NCBI GenBank assembly: GCA_040389125.1
Contig: JAZKAN010000006.1
Location: 1 to 50,010, forward strand
Reading direction: 5' to 3'
DNA: 50,010 nt
From: Patescibacteria group bacterium
GTDB lineage: Bacteria; Patescibacteriota; Minisyncoccia; Phycocordibacterales; DATDWN01
Shown here: positions 1 to 9,984 of the stretch, piece after piece
Numbering within the stretch: position 1 is the first letter of the stretch
How the letters are laid out: each line of letters starts with the position of its first letter
The notes under the pieces: model-generated
Databases searched by the model: none
The model's input: only the letters and a program-made list of their open reading frames with translations
Told to the model about the DNA's origin: nothing
Made by a program: the position numbers and the translations under genes

Positions 1-3
1 TTT

Positions 4-76
4 GCCGTCTTAGCTCAGTTGGTAGAGCAATACTTTTGTAAAGTATGGGTCCTCGGTTCGAGCCCGAGAGACGGCT
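4..76 (+). tRNA. tRNA-Thr(TGT)
   Basis: Cloverleaf: GCCGTCT/AGACGGC acceptor stem, ATACT-TTTGTAA-AGTAT anticodon arm, TTCGA T-loop; CCA not encoded. Confidence 0.95.
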
Positions 77-81
77 CAATA

Positions 82-111
82 AAAATGAGACCTTGTCAAT
101 GGTCTCATTTT
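82..111. terminator. Intrinsic terminator after tRNA-Thr
   Basis: AAAATGAGACC/GGTCTCATTTT inverted repeat. Confidence 0.7.
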
Positions 112-136
112 GCTATCCACAGTTTGATATAGACAG

Positions 137-159
137 GTGAACGATTGTTCACTTATAAT
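137..159 (+). promoter_or_regulatory. Palindromic operator (GAAC-N4-GTTC) abutting the -10 box of the HNH gene
   Basis: GTGAAC-GATT-GTTCAC at 137-152, TATAAT at 154-159, ATG at 166. Confidence 0.45.
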
Positions 160-165
160 TAAGGA

Positions 166-834
166 ATGGAAAAGTTCTATAATGACAGAGATTATGTGCA
201 AAAACAAAGTCTTTTGACTAAATTGAGTTGGCAGAAAGGAGAGCGTGATCATTTGAGAAAAAGAGAAGTACGCACCTGTATTCGTCCAGGATGTAAAAAT
301 AATTTCACCACTATACATTGGAATCCTAAAAAATATTGCGGTCGGAGTTGTGCGGCAAAAGTTAACAATATTGGGCGAATCATGTCTCTTGAAACAAGAA
401 CGAAAATTGCAGGAGGAAAATTGAGAGAAAAGAAATTTTGTATGCGCTGCAATATTACTCTAGGTAGACAAAATAAATATTGTTCCCCTAAATGCCATTC
501 GGACTATAATTATTATCATTTTATAGAACTGTGGAAGAAAGGTGAGAAAGATGGAGGCATAGGAATAAATGTACGAAGTATTTCAGGATATTTGCGACGG
601 TATTTATTAGAAAAATATAATAACAGATGTGGTGAGTGTGGATGGAATAAAAAGCATCTGATTACTGGCACTGTGCCTCTAGAGATTGATCATATTGACG
701 GTAATTCAGAAAATAACGTGGAGACAAATCTAAAATTACTTTGTCCAAATTGTCATGCACTTACTCCATTTTTCAAGAATTTAAACAGGGGAAAGGGAAG
801 AGAATGGAGGATGAAAAAATATACCAAAAACTAA
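166..834 (+). CDS. HNH endonuclease with N-terminal Cys-rich zinc-finger repeats
   Basis: C-terminal CGECGW...LEIDHIDGNSENNVETNLKLLCPNCH HNH motif; KYCGRSC and KYCSPKC repeats; NUMOD3-like MSLETRTKI. Confidence 0.9.
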   Translation: MEKFYNDRDYVQKQSLLTKLSWQKGERDHLRKREVRTCIRPGCKNNFTTIHWNPKKYCGRSCAAKVNNIGRIMSLETRTKIAGGKLREKKFCMRCNITLGRQNKYCSPKCHSDYNYYHFIELWKKGEKDGGIGINVRSISGYLRRYLLEKYNNRCGECGWNKKHLITGTVPLEIDHIDGNSENNVETNLKLLCPNCHALTPFFKNLNRGKGREWRMKKYTKN

Positions 835-839
835 CTTTG

Positions 840-921
840 TGCCCAGAGTGGGAATCGAACCCACATCCCTTGCGAGACACGATTTTAAGTCGTGCGCGTA
901 TACCAGTTCCGCCATCCGGGC
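840..921 (-). tRNA. tRNA-Leu(TAA)
   Basis: Reverse complement GCCCGGATGGCGGAACTGGTATACGCGCACGA-CTTAAAA-TCGTG...GGTTCGATTCCCACTCTGGGCA; long variable arm. Confidence 0.95.
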
Positions 922-936
922 AAATTATTTAATTGT

Positions 937-1011
937 TGGAGGCCTGGGCGGGAATCGCACCCGCGCATATCTCTTTTGCAGAGAGACGCCTTTCTACTTG
1001 GCTACCAGGCC
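937..1011 (-). tRNA. tRNA-Cys(GCA)
   Basis: Reverse complement GGCCTGG...TCTCT-CTGCAAA-AGAGA...CCAGGCC-T-CCA; T-loop reads TGCGA. Confidence 0.93.
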
Positions 1012-1017
1012 GATATC

Positions 1018-1398
1018 TTACTCTTCTTTAGGTGCTTCTAAGTCTTCTGCACTATTCTCTGTAGTAGGAATTGCATCCTGTAACAGACTATCTATTTTCT
1101 GGCGGTTTTTCTCTCCAAGATCGATCGCAAAATCCATCTGGGGGATACGACCGAGCTTGGAATTGTCTTTTATAAACTCCTTGAACTCACTTCGTTTTCG
1201 CTTGGCGAACTCGAGAGCGGTTTTCTGGAGTTGCTCACTATCTGGAAAGACCGTGAATAAAATAGTAGCACGTTTTCCGTCATGTGACAGCTCTACACGA
1301 GTTACAGTGAGTAGTGCAGCTGGGCTCGCATTGAGGGACAGAAATCGTGCCCCAAGGCCGTGCAAAATATCAGAAATTCGTTCGTTGCGTATGCTCAT
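1018..1398 (-). CDS. rbfA: Ribosome-binding factor A
   Basis: TVTRVELSHDGKRATI...RIPQMDFAID KH-type motif; directly downstream of infB. Confidence 0.85.
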   Translation of the reverse strand: MSIRNERISDILHGLGARFLSLNASPAALLTVTRVELSHDGKRATILFTVFPDSEQLQKTALEFAKRKRSEFKEFIKDNSKLGRIPQMDFAIDLGEKNRQKIDSLLQDAIPTTENSAEDLEAPKEE

Positions 1399-1399
1399 G

Positions 1400-2923
1400 T
1401 TATTTTTCGATAATGATAAAGCTTTGTATATGATCTCCAGGAGCGATTTCCACTTTGGATTCGATCATAGCACCAAACTCCTTGCCCTCCAGGACCTCTG
1501 TAGTTTTGGATTTCTGTTGCTGTAATTCGCGGACCTTGCCTACGCCGATTTCTGCATCGCGACGCATGATGCGCACCTCGGCACCCTGCATGATACTACC
1601 ACTTTCGACACGTCCACCAAGGATTTGTTTGTCTTTTACTTTGCTAAAAATTTTGAGTATTTTGGCAACGCCTGTAGACTCCTCGACTTTCATTTTCGGT
1701 GTATTTTCAACGAGCGCCTCTCTGAGCCAGTCAGTCAGTTTGTAAATAATATCAAATGTATTGATTTTAATTTCATTTCGATCCGCGAGAGATTTTGCTG
1801 GCGCATCTATTTTAATATTAAATCCGATCACGAGTGCTTTTGTGTGACCATCCGCGAGACGAATATCACTTTCTGAGATTGTGCCAATACCTGAGCCGAT
1901 AACCTGAGCACTAATACGCTCTGTTCCAAGTTTTTGAATCTCGTGGAGTACTGCCTCGAGACTTCCGCCGGTATCAGCTTTTACAATCACAGGAATTTTG
2001 TGGGTTGATGTTATTGAGAAGTTTGATTGTGCACCGTTGCTATTGCTGTTGTGAGTATCTGTTCTCTTTTCTTTTTGTTTCTCAACAAATGCAACCGCCT
2101 CCTCACGAGTTTTGAATGCCTGGAAACTTTCTCCAACTTCTGGCAAAATATCCCAGCCAATAAGTTTTATCGGACTCGAAAATGTTGCAGATAACAGATG
2201 AACCCCCTGAAAGTTTTCCATAATACGTACCGGTGTTGAGGCGGAGCCAGATGCGATGTACATACCCTTTTCCACTGTACCGTTTTTTATGATACATGTT
2301 GCAGAAATGCCTTTTTTGATATCGCGATTACTCTCGATAACTATACCTGATCCGGGGAGTGATCTGTCCCCAGTGAGTGCTTCGAGTTCTGCAACAAGGA
2401 GGATCATGGTGAGAAGTTCAGGAACTCCATCACCGGTTTTTGCAGAAATTGGCACGAATGGAATATCTCCTCCGTATCCCTCTACATATATTTCGTTTTC
2501 AGCAAGACTTTGTTTTGTACGATCAATATCTGCGCCTGGTTTGTCGATTTTGTTTATTGCCACAATGAACGGAGTTTTACTATCACGAATGGATTTAAAG
2601 GCTTCGATGGTTTGTGGTTTGACACCGTCTTCTGCGGATACAACGAGTATCGCAATATCTGCGACACGTGCACCACGTTGTCTAATACCAGAAAACGCCT
2701 CGTGTCCAGGTGTGTCAATAAATGTAATGAGTTTTTTTATATTGTCAGTCGTAATGTGTTCTACCTCATATGCAGACACACTCTGAGTAATACCACCTGC
2801 TTCATTTAGAGGTTTAGTGCTTTTGCGTATGTAGGCAAGGAGTGTGGATTTGCCGTGGTCGATATGACCCATGATGGCAACAACTGGAGCTCGTTCCGTG
2901 ATGTGTGTGTTCTGTGTGTTCAT
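1400..2923 (-). CDS. infB: Translation initiation factor IF-2 (short form lacking the N-terminal domain)
   Basis: RAPVVAIMGHIDHGKST, EAGGITQ, DTPGHEAF, NKID motifs. Confidence 0.97.
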   Translation of the reverse strand: MNTQNTHITERAPVVAIMGHIDHGKSTLLAYIRKSTKPLNEAGGITQSVSAYEVEHITTDNIKKLITFIDTPGHEAFSGIRQRGARVADIAILVVSAEDGVKPQTIEAFKSIRDSKTPFIVAINKIDKPGADIDRTKQSLAENEIYVEGYGGDIPFVPISAKTGDGVPELLTMILLVAELEALTGDRSLPGSGIVIESNRDIKKGISATCIIKNGTVEKGMYIASGSASTPVRIMENFQGVHLLSATFSSPIKLIGWDILPEVGESFQAFKTREEAVAFVEKQKEKRTDTHNSNSNGAQSNFSITSTHKIPVIVKADTGGSLEAVLHEIQKLGTERISAQVIGSGIGTISESDIRLADGHTKALVIGFNIKIDAPAKSLADRNEIKINTFDIIYKLTDWLREALVENTPKMKVEESTGVAKILKIFSKVKDKQILGGRVESGSIMQGAEVRIMRRDAEIGVGKVRELQQQKSKTTEVLEGKEFGAMIESKVEIAPGDHIQSFIIIEK

Positions 2924-2955
2924 TGTGTTTTCTCGTTAGGATTATCATATGCAAA

Positions 2956-3423
2956 TTATGATAGATGTTTTTGAGCGTTTGTAACTACTTCATGTTCTTC
3001 CTCGGTAAGTTCAAAGTCACTTCCAAATTTCTTGAGTGGTTTTGAGAATACACTCACTCTCTCGCGAGAATAGAGACTGGAAATAACAACCCCGTCGCCC
3101 TTTTCGCTCACAAATGCGGTTGAAAAGCTCTGATTTCCGCCCTCGCCACTACCTTTGAATGGATTGAACCGCACAGTTTCCACTGCTTGCATACTACGTC
3201 CGAGACGCGTCTCGATTTGCTTGAAATATGTGATTGATTCGTCTTTAAATCGTGTCAGGTCCGCTACATTTTTGTGAGTGTGTGTCAATGTCTCTTCGAG
3301 AGATTTGGCACTACTTCCACCGAGGAGGCGTTTGAGTTTGATTTCTAACCTAACAATCCACAACACGAGCAATACGACAATACTAGAGGCTATGTAGATT
3401 GCTAGAATTGGGTCTAAAATCAT
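2956..3423 (-). CDS. DUF4446-like membrane-anchored protein
   Basis: Probable start MILDP at 3423 (TATAAT 7 nt upstream); TM helix then VRFNPFKGSGEGGNQSFS...GVVISSLYSRE motif. Confidence 0.8.
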   Translation of the reverse strand: MILDPILAIYIASSIVVLLVLWIVRLEIKLKRLLGGSSAKSLEETLTHTHKNVADLTRFKDESITYFKQIETRLGRSMQAVETVRFNPFKGSGEGGNQSFSTAFVSEKGDGVVISSLYSRERVSVFSKPLKKFGSDFELTEEEHEVVTNAQKHLS

Positions 3424-3589
3424 GACCAGAATTATACATGAAAAATTGTAATTTGCAAAATCTTTCACCAAAAGATTTTGTGTACCAAATACTTTTTTCC
3501 GTAGGAAGAAAAGTTTTGGGACCAAAATTTCGTCCTTAATATGATCTTTTTTTCTCAAAACCGAATTTTTATGGTACAAATTACATATA

Positions 3590-4753
3590 ATGAATAAGCA
3601 CAAAAGAATATTTTTGGATTATGCGTCGTGCACCCCTGTTGCTCCAGAGGTTGTAAGTGCAATGAAACCCTTTTTGGAAGGAAATTTTGCAAATCCATCC
3701 GCACTGTATGCAGAGGCAATGGTTGCAAAAGACGCTGTGCTAGATGCCCGAACTCGGATTGCAGGTGTGCTGAACTGTCAAAAGACTGAAATCGTGTTTA
3801 CGGCATCGGGAACAGAATCCAACAACCTGGCACTTCTGGGAGCTTTCCAGGCACATCGGAGGCCTGATTTTGTGCCACATATTGTGACAACTACTATAGA
3901 ACATCCTGCGATACTTGAAGTATGTGAGGAGATCAAGGTCTCCGGTGGAGAGGTGACTATAGTTCCTGTTTCGGAAGATGGGGTTGTTTCGGTAATAGAT
4001 ATTAAAAATGCAATACAAGAAAACACTGTGCTGGTTTCTGTGATGTATGCAAATAACGAGATTGGTACAGTGCAACCGATAAGGGAAATCGGAAAAATGA
4101 TTCGAGATGTGAGACAAAAAAATAATTCCTCACTTCCGTATTTCCACACCGACGCGTGCCAAGCGGGGTTGTATTTATCACTCGATACCTTGAAACTTGG
4201 TGTTGATATGATGACGCTTGATGGGATCAAAATGTACGGACCGCGAGGTATGGCGATGCTCTACGTGCGAAACGGAATTGAGTTACATCCACTCATGCAT
4301 GGTGGTGGACAGGAACGGGGACTGCGAAGTGGTACAGAAAATGTGCCGGGAATTGTGGGACTGGCAAAGGCAATCGAAATTGCAGATGAAATGCGAGAAA
4401 GTGAGTCGGCACGACTCATTCATATCCGTGATTACGCAATTTCGGAAATTTTAAAAACATTTCCAAATGCAACACTGAATGGATCTGGAACAGAGCGACT
4501 ACCGAACAACATCAATATTTGTTTTCCAGGACTCGATGCAGAGTTCGCTGTTATCTCGCTCGATGTGGCTCAGATTTCCACATCCTACTCCTCGTCATGT
4601 CGAACTCTTTCAGAAAATTCGTCTTCGTATGTGATTTCAGCTTTGAATAAGAAAAATTGTAGCGAATCCAGTCTGCGATTTACAATGGGTAGGGAAACAA
4701 CCCGAGAGAATATTAATGAACTTATTGTAGCTTTACAAAAAATTGTAAGGTAA
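3590..4753 (+). CDS. Cysteine desulfurase (IscS/NifS-type, class V PLP enzyme)
   Basis: FLDYASCTP, FANPS, FTASGTESNN, ANNEIGT, HTDACQ, KMYGPRG, GGGQERGLRSGTEN, catalytic Cys in SYSSSC. Confidence 0.93.
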   Translation: MNKHKRIFLDYASCTPVAPEVVSAMKPFLEGNFANPSALYAEAMVAKDAVLDARTRIAGVLNCQKTEIVFTASGTESNNLALLGAFQAHRRPDFVPHIVTTTIEHPAILEVCEEIKVSGGEVTIVPVSEDGVVSVIDIKNAIQENTVLVSVMYANNEIGTVQPIREIGKMIRDVRQKNNSSLPYFHTDACQAGLYLSLDTLKLGVDMMTLDGIKMYGPRGMAMLYVRNGIELHPLMHGGGQERGLRSGTENVPGIVGLAKAIEIADEMRESESARLIHIRDYAISEILKTFPNATLNGSGTERLPNNINICFPGLDAEFAVISLDVAQISTSYSSSCRTLSENSSSYVISALNKKNCSESSLRFTMGRETTRENINELIVALQKIVR

Positions 4754-4754
4754 A

Positions 4755-4779
4755 ACGGGTTGCCTTAGGGGCAACCCGT
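4755..4779. terminator. Terminator between convergent genes
   Basis: ACGGGTTGCC/GGCAACCCGT 10-bp stem. Confidence 0.75.
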
Positions 4780-4796
4780 GGATGAAGACGGGAAAG

Positions 4797-4973
4797 CTAG
4801 TCACTTTCCTGATTTGAAAGTTTTTGATCAAGTAATTTTTCAAATCGGCTTAGCTTTTCCTCGAGGAGGGTTTTTTTCAGTTCCTCCTCCATAACTGATT
4901 CTTCTGAGGGGATAGTGACATCAGTTAGTGGAATCAGGCCGGCAGGTACTTCGGGTACTTCATCTTTTGGCAT
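4797..4973 (-). CDS. Small acidic hypothetical protein
   Basis: ORF (probable start MPKDE); TTGACT upstream on the minus strand and hairpin downstream; no recognisable motif. Confidence 0.45.
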   Translation of the reverse strand: MPKDEVPEVPAGLIPLTDVTIPSEESVMEEELKKTLLEEKLSRFEKLLDQKLSNQESD

Positions 4974-5021
4974 AGTATTTTCCATTGATAATTCAATCAT
5001 ATTTTGTAAATAAGTCAAGTT

Positions 5022-6179
5022 TTATTGTATTTTAATTATTTTTCTTTTTGCTTTTTCTTCCGTATGAGTTACAAGAATTTCCTCGTGTACGATCTGTTTT
5101 CCAACAGCTGTAATTGATTTTATTGTATCGATATAGGAAAGATTTCGAGGTAATTTTGCTTTTGATCTTACTTTTTCCTCAAGTTCAGTAAGTTTTTCAA
5201 TTATTAAATCTGCATTTATTTGTTCAATTACACCATGTTCAACTGAATCATGTATTTTCTTTTTTAAAATTGTACCGTATTTTGCAAGTAACCACGCCTT
5301 ATGCTTGTTGGTCATTTTCTCCAGGTCTAGTCGCTCGATAAACCTATCCGGATTAAATCCGTTTGGATCAGTACATAAATCAAGTAGAAGTTCTTCAATA
5401 TCGTCTACATTTTCAGAAAGCATTTCAATCGTAAGTCCTGGCGGAATTCCATCAGAATATTCCTTTTCGAAACTTTGAAGGTCCATAACACTCGATTTTA
5501 TCCAATCTGTATGTGCTTTTGTAATATTATCCTGCTCTTCTTTTGTTGGTATGCTTGATTTGATTTGGATTAAGTTCATTATGGCAACATGTGTTTCTCC
5601 ATCCAATTCTTCAAAAATACATTCAATTAGATCAATTTTATTTTCTGCATCCAGGGAATGTTCGAAATAAAAGCCATATTGTTGGGACGGATTACTCTCC
5701 AAGAGATTTTTTCTAGAGCGAATGAAGTAGATTACATTTTTAATGGCATTTGAGTGTATATTTCCTCGTGCTTCTTTGTTGTTTTTTGCATCATTTTCAA
5801 ATATCTTTCTATGTAAATCAAGATCAATATCAAATTTTCCTGATTCTCGTGATACATATTCCTTAAAACCAATATTAAATTGCCGTATTACAGAGTCTAT
5901 TTCTATATCAGAAAGTTCTTGAAGTTTTGAAATAAATATATTTTCCACCTCAATAAATTTTCGAGTGTTATGATGAGAGCCAATCTGAATTATTGAATTT
6001 AAAAAGAATTCGTATAACTTGTCATTATGTAGTAAAGTTTCTTGTGCAAGTCGAAGACTCTCATTTCGATCTCTTTCTGATTGAGGAATATCTAGTCTCT
6101 CAAGCTTTCTTTCTCGATGTGCTTGGGGTGTATCTGTATTTTCTATAGTATGTAGCTGGGGAGTTCCTTCGGATTTCAT
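5022..6179 (-). CDS. Hypothetical protein, possible PD-(D/E)xK-like fold
   Basis: 385-aa ORF; LDAENKIDLI...LIQIKSS segment resembles nuclease motifs II/III. Confidence 0.7.
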   Translation of the reverse strand: MKSEGTPQLHTIENTDTPQAHRERKLERLDIPQSERDRNESLRLAQETLLHNDKLYEFFLNSIIQIGSHHNTRKFIEVENIFISKLQELSDIEIDSVIRQFNIGFKEYVSRESGKFDIDLDLHRKIFENDAKNNKEARGNIHSNAIKNVIYFIRSRKNLLESNPSQQYGFYFEHSLDAENKIDLIECIFEELDGETHVAIMNLIQIKSSIPTKEEQDNITKAHTDWIKSSVMDLQSFEKEYSDGIPPGLTIEMLSENVDDIEELLLDLCTDPNGFNPDRFIERLDLEKMTNKHKAWLLAKYGTILKKKIHDSVEHGVIEQINADLIIEKLTELEEKVRSKAKLPRNLSYIDTIKSITAVGKQIVHEEILVTHTEEKAKRKIIKIQ

Positions 6180-6246
6180 AATAATATTAGTCTACCAGAA
6201 TTTGAGCAGTTTACCACTTCGATAGGGAATGCTATCATATTTACAT

Positions 6247-7086
6247 ATGGAAGATCTCACCAAACATCAAACAATTCTCCTTGTGCTTCTTGTTAGTTTT
6301 GTGACATCTATTGCCACGGGCATTATGACGGTATCTCTACTTCAGCAAGCACCGGTTGAAATAACTCGGAATATAAACAGCATTGTTGAGAAAACAATTG
6401 AAACAGTCACGCCAGCCAGTATTTCGAATAGCATTTCCAAATCTTCTGGTAAGGACACCACAACCACAACCACAGTTGTAGTCAAAGAAGATGATTTAAT
6501 AGTTGCTTCAATAAATAAAAATATAAAAAGCGTTGCAAGAATTTCTGATATTGACCGACTGTCGGGCGAGAGCACGTTTTATGGGATCGGACTTGTGGTA
6601 AATAAAGATGGAACAATAATGGGGGTACGAAGATCGATTGATCTCGAACATATGTATACTGCAAAATTGAGTGATGGTACAGAAATTACGCTTGCTCCAC
6701 AGGGCCTCGATAAAAAATCAAACTTCATTTTGTTTAAAATCGTACAGCCAGAAAAAGCCAAGAAGACTGATTTTATACCAGTATCATTTGCTGCTTCTGA
6801 TGCACAGCTCGGACAGACACTCATTAGTCTCGGTGGTGACACGTCGAATGCAGTTTCCGTGGGTAGGGTATTGTCGCTCGTTACAAAGGATTCTACCGTT
6901 GCATCATCTACTGTAAAAAGTATTGTAGGTATCGACACGGATGTTTCGTCACGAGATATCGTCCTCGGCAGTCCACTCTTCAATCTATCTGGAGACGTAG
7001 TTGGTCTTAAATTATCGCTCGAAACTCAAAAACAATTCATTCCCGTATCACTGTTAAAAAGAGAGCTTGCCAATTTGACAGAATAG
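6247..7086 (+). CDS. Membrane-anchored trypsin-like (S1C/HtrA-type) domain protein, probably catalytically inactive
   Basis: N-terminal TM helix; GIGLVVNKDGTI and GSPLFNLSGDVVG match the HtrA fold, but TNxH and GNSGG are degenerate. Confidence 0.75.
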   Translation: MEDLTKHQTILLVLLVSFVTSIATGIMTVSLLQQAPVEITRNINSIVEKTIETVTPASISNSISKSSGKDTTTTTTVVVKEDDLIVASINKNIKSVARISDIDRLSGESTFYGIGLVVNKDGTIMGVRRSIDLEHMYTAKLSDGTEITLAPQGLDKKSNFILFKIVQPEKAKKTDFIPVSFAASDAQLGQTLISLGGDTSNAVSVGRVLSLVTKDSTVASSTVKSIVGIDTDVSSRDIVLGSPLFNLSGDVVGLKLSLETQKQFIPVSLLKRELANLTE

Positions 7087-7205
7087 CGGTATGGAGGCGG
7101 GGATTGATTGACTAGCACACAAAAAGTAGTATAATGTGGCTGGTTTTCCATTATTTCAGCATCTCACGGTACACGGTGGAATTCCATAATTTAACCTAAA
7201 ATACT

Positions 7206-9884
7206 ATGCCACCATTTAATCATTTTACAACAAAAGCCAAAGAGGCGATTCGCAAAGCTCATGAGCTTGCAATTGAACGTGGTCAAAACCATGTTAACCC
7301 ACTTCATCTTCTGACTGCTCTTATTTTACAAGAAGAGAGTATTGTTTCGTCTATTTTAGACAAACTAGAAGTTGATACGATATTGCTTACAGATTCACTT
7401 TTGGATGCTATTGAGGGTACAGAGGCGGGACAAACACTTTCTGCGTCGTACCAGATTTACCTTACGCCAGAATTGGCACAGGCAATTGAAACTTCGGGCA
7501 AAGAAGCGTCTGAACTTTCTGATGAATTTGTTTCGACAGAACATTTGTTTATGTCAGTAATAGAAGTACTAAGTCCAGCACGGGATTTACTCCTCAAATT
7601 CAAAATTGATAAAGATGCGGTACTCCGTGTAATTGATGAGATTAGAAGTACAAAAACTGTTGAGCATGATGCACCAAAGAAATTCAAATCACTTTCAAAA
7701 TATACTCGTAGTCTGACTAAACTTGCACAACAGAATAAACTTGATCCAGTTATTGGTCGTGATGACGAGATTTCTCGTATCATTCAGATACTGTCACGAC
7801 GCACAAAAAATAATCCAATTTTAATTGGAGAGGCTGGTGTCGGTAAAACTGCAATAGTAGAGGGACTTGCACAACGAATGTCTATGGGAGATGTGCCAGA
7901 GTCACTCAAAGACAAGGAACTTGTGTCACTTGACCTCGGACTTCTCATTGCTGGTACAAAATACCGCGGTGAGTTTGAGGAACGTCTCAAAAATATTTTA
8001 AAGGAAATTGAGAAATCAGATGGAAAAATAATCCTTTTTGTAGATGAAATTCATACGATTGTGGGAGCGGGATCTGCAGAAGGTTCGATGGACGCATCAA
8101 ACATGCTCAAACCTGCTCTTGCGCGTGGAGAATTACGTGCAATTGGTGCAACGACGCTCAAGGAATATCAGAAACATATTGAAAAGGACCCTGCGCTTTC
8201 ACGACGATTTCAGCCAGTGTACGTCAATGAACCAAGTGTTGATGATGCCATTACAATCCTCCGAGGACTGAAAGAAAAATATGAGTTATATCACGGCGTG
8301 CGTATTACTGATGAGGCTGTAAATGCCGCAGTGCATTTGAGTAGTCGATATATTACAGACCGATTTCTCCCGGACAAGGCAGTTGACCTGATTGATGAGT
8401 CCGCATCATTTTTGAAAATTGCGCTTGAAAATATGCCGCCGGTACTTCAGGAGGCACATTCAAAAATAGTGAAATTGGAAATCGAAAGAGAGGCTCTAAA
8501 AAAAGAAGCTGATCCAAAGACAAAAATTCGTATTAAAGAAATTGAGAAGAAGATTGCTGATCTAAAAGAAGAGACACGAGAGATTGATCTCAAATGGAAA
8601 AACGAAAAAGAAATTGTGTCGGATATTAAATTACTCAAGAAACAACTAGAGGAGCTTCGTCGTGAAGCGGAAACAGCAGAGGCCAAGGCAGATCTGTCGC
8701 GAGCAGCTGAAATTCGTTATGGCAAAATTCCTGCACACGAAAAGGATCTTGATACTAAATCAAAACGATTGAAAAAGCTTCAGAGTTCACGGAGAATCCT
8801 GAAAGAGGAAATTACAGAAAATGATATTGCAGGTATTGTGTCCAAATGGACAGGAGTGCCGGTAACACGCATGCTCGAGGAGGAGGCAGACAAACTGCAT
8901 CGAATGGAGGATGTGCTCACAGAGCGTATTGTGGGTCAAAAGGAGGCTGTTCAGAAAATTTCTGACACAATCAAACGTTCACGTGCGGGGATTTCAGACC
9001 CCAACCGCCCGATCGGTTCATTCCTATTTTTGGGTCCAACAGGTGTAGGAAAAACAGAATTGACCAAGGCTCTCGCACAGTTTATGTTTGACGATGATAA
9101 ATCACTCATACGTGTAGATATGTCAGAGTTTATGGAAAAACACAGCGTGTCAAAACTAATCGGCGCTCCTCCGGGATATGTTGGTCATGAGGAGGGTGGA
9201 AATATTACAGAAATGGTTCGTCACCGTCCATACTCGGTTGTACTTTTTGACGAAATTGAAAAGGCGCACCCAGAGGTGTTCAATATTCTGCTTCAAGTTT
9301 TAGATAACGGACGACTGACCGATGCCAAGGGTCGTGTGGTGAATTTCCGAAACACCGTTATTATTTTAACTTCAAACATTGGTGCACGATACATCGACAA
9401 AATGGAGAAAATTGGTTTTGCATCAGACAAAACTGACAAGGCAAACTACGAGGATGCAAAAGCAAAAGTAATGGAGGCACTCAAGGATCATTTCCGACCA
9501 GAGTTTCTAAACCGTCTCGATGATATTATTGTCTTTGATATATTGAGCAAAGAGGCAATAGAAGAGATTGTAAAAATCCAGGTAAAAATAGTCAGCGACC
9601 GTCTCGCAGAAAAGGAGATTAAGCTTGTACTTACGGAGAGTGTGTACGCACATCTAGCAAAAGAGGGGTACAGCCCTCAGTATGGTGCACGACCACTCAA
9701 ACGACTCATTCAAACCAAAATTCTCACACCGATTGCCTCTCTCATGGTGGGCAAGGGTGTAATGAGAGGAGGTGTTGTGAACGTAGATTTCAAGGGTGGA
9801 GAATTTGTATTCGAAGTAAAAAAAGGCAAAAAAGGTGCATTTGTGAGTGGGGGATTTGTGAATGAAAATGTAATGTCAAGGTAG
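7206..9884 (+). CDS. clpB: ATP-dependent chaperone ClpB
   Basis: Two AAA+ modules ([16 protein letters not shown]), [11 protein letters not shown] pore loop, coiled-coil M domain. Confidence 0.95.
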   Translation: MPPFNHFTTKAKEAIRKAHELAIERGQNHVNPLHLLTALILQEESIVSSILDKLEVDTILLTDSLLDAIEGTEAGQTLSASYQIYLTPELAQAIETSGKEASELSDEFVSTEHLFMSVIEVLSPARDLLLKFKIDKDAVLRVIDEIRSTKTVEHDAPKKFKSLSKYTRSLTKLAQQNKLDPVIGRDDEISRIIQILSRRTKNNPILIGEAGVGKTAIVEGLAQRMSMGDVPESLKDKELVSLDLGLLIAGTKYRGEFEERLKNILKEIEKSDGKIILFVDEIHTIVGAGSAEGSMDASNMLKPALARGELRAIGATTLKEYQKHIEKDPALSRRFQPVYVNEPSVDDAITILRGLKEKYELYHGVRITDEAVNAAVHLSSRYITDRFLPDKAVDLIDESASFLKIALENMPPVLQEAHSKIVKLEIEREALKKEADPKTKIRIKEIEKKIADLKEETREIDLKWKNEKEIVSDIKLLKKQLEELRREAETAEAKADLSRAAEIRYGKIPAHEKDLDTKSKRLKKLQSSRRILKEEITENDIAGIVSKWTGVPVTRMLEEEADKLHRMEDVLTERIVGQKEAVQKISDTIKRSRAGISDPNRPIGSFLFLGPTGVGKTELTKALAQFMFDDDKSLIRVDMSEFMEKHSVSKLIGAPPGYVGHEEGGNITEMVRHRPYSVVLFDEIEKAHPEVFNILLQVLDNGRLTDAKGRVVNFRNTVIILTSNIGARYIDKMEKIGFASDKTDKANYEDAKAKVMEALKDHFRPEFLNRLDDIIVFDILSKEAIEEIVKIQVKIVSDRLAEKEIKLVLTESVYAHLAKEGYSPQYGARPLKRLIQTKILTPIASLMVGKGVMRGGVVNVDFKGGEFVFEVKKGKKGAFVSGGFVNENVMSR

Positions 9885-9892
9885 GGAGTTTC

Positions 9893-9930
9893 TAACAATA
9901 AAAGCTATGGAAACAGAGTTTTTATTGTTA
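9893..9930 (+). terminator. Terminator after clpB
   Basis: TAACAATAAAA/TTTTATTGTTA inverted repeat. Confidence 0.55.
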
Positions 9931-9984
9931 TTCATTGTAGAGTGGTCAATTGCAGAAAAGGTGGATTCCAAGTATAATAGTGAG

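Noticed and set aside
937-1011. TGC instead of TTC in the tRNA-Cys T-loop
   Set aside because: A single-base variant in an otherwise normal cloverleaf; insufficient to call a pseudogene or novelty
839-1525. 228-aa plus-strand ORF and similar ORFs (10760-11083, 13570-13830, 13723-13905, 26238-26498)
   Set aside because: Shadow translations of tRNA genes and antisense to real genes
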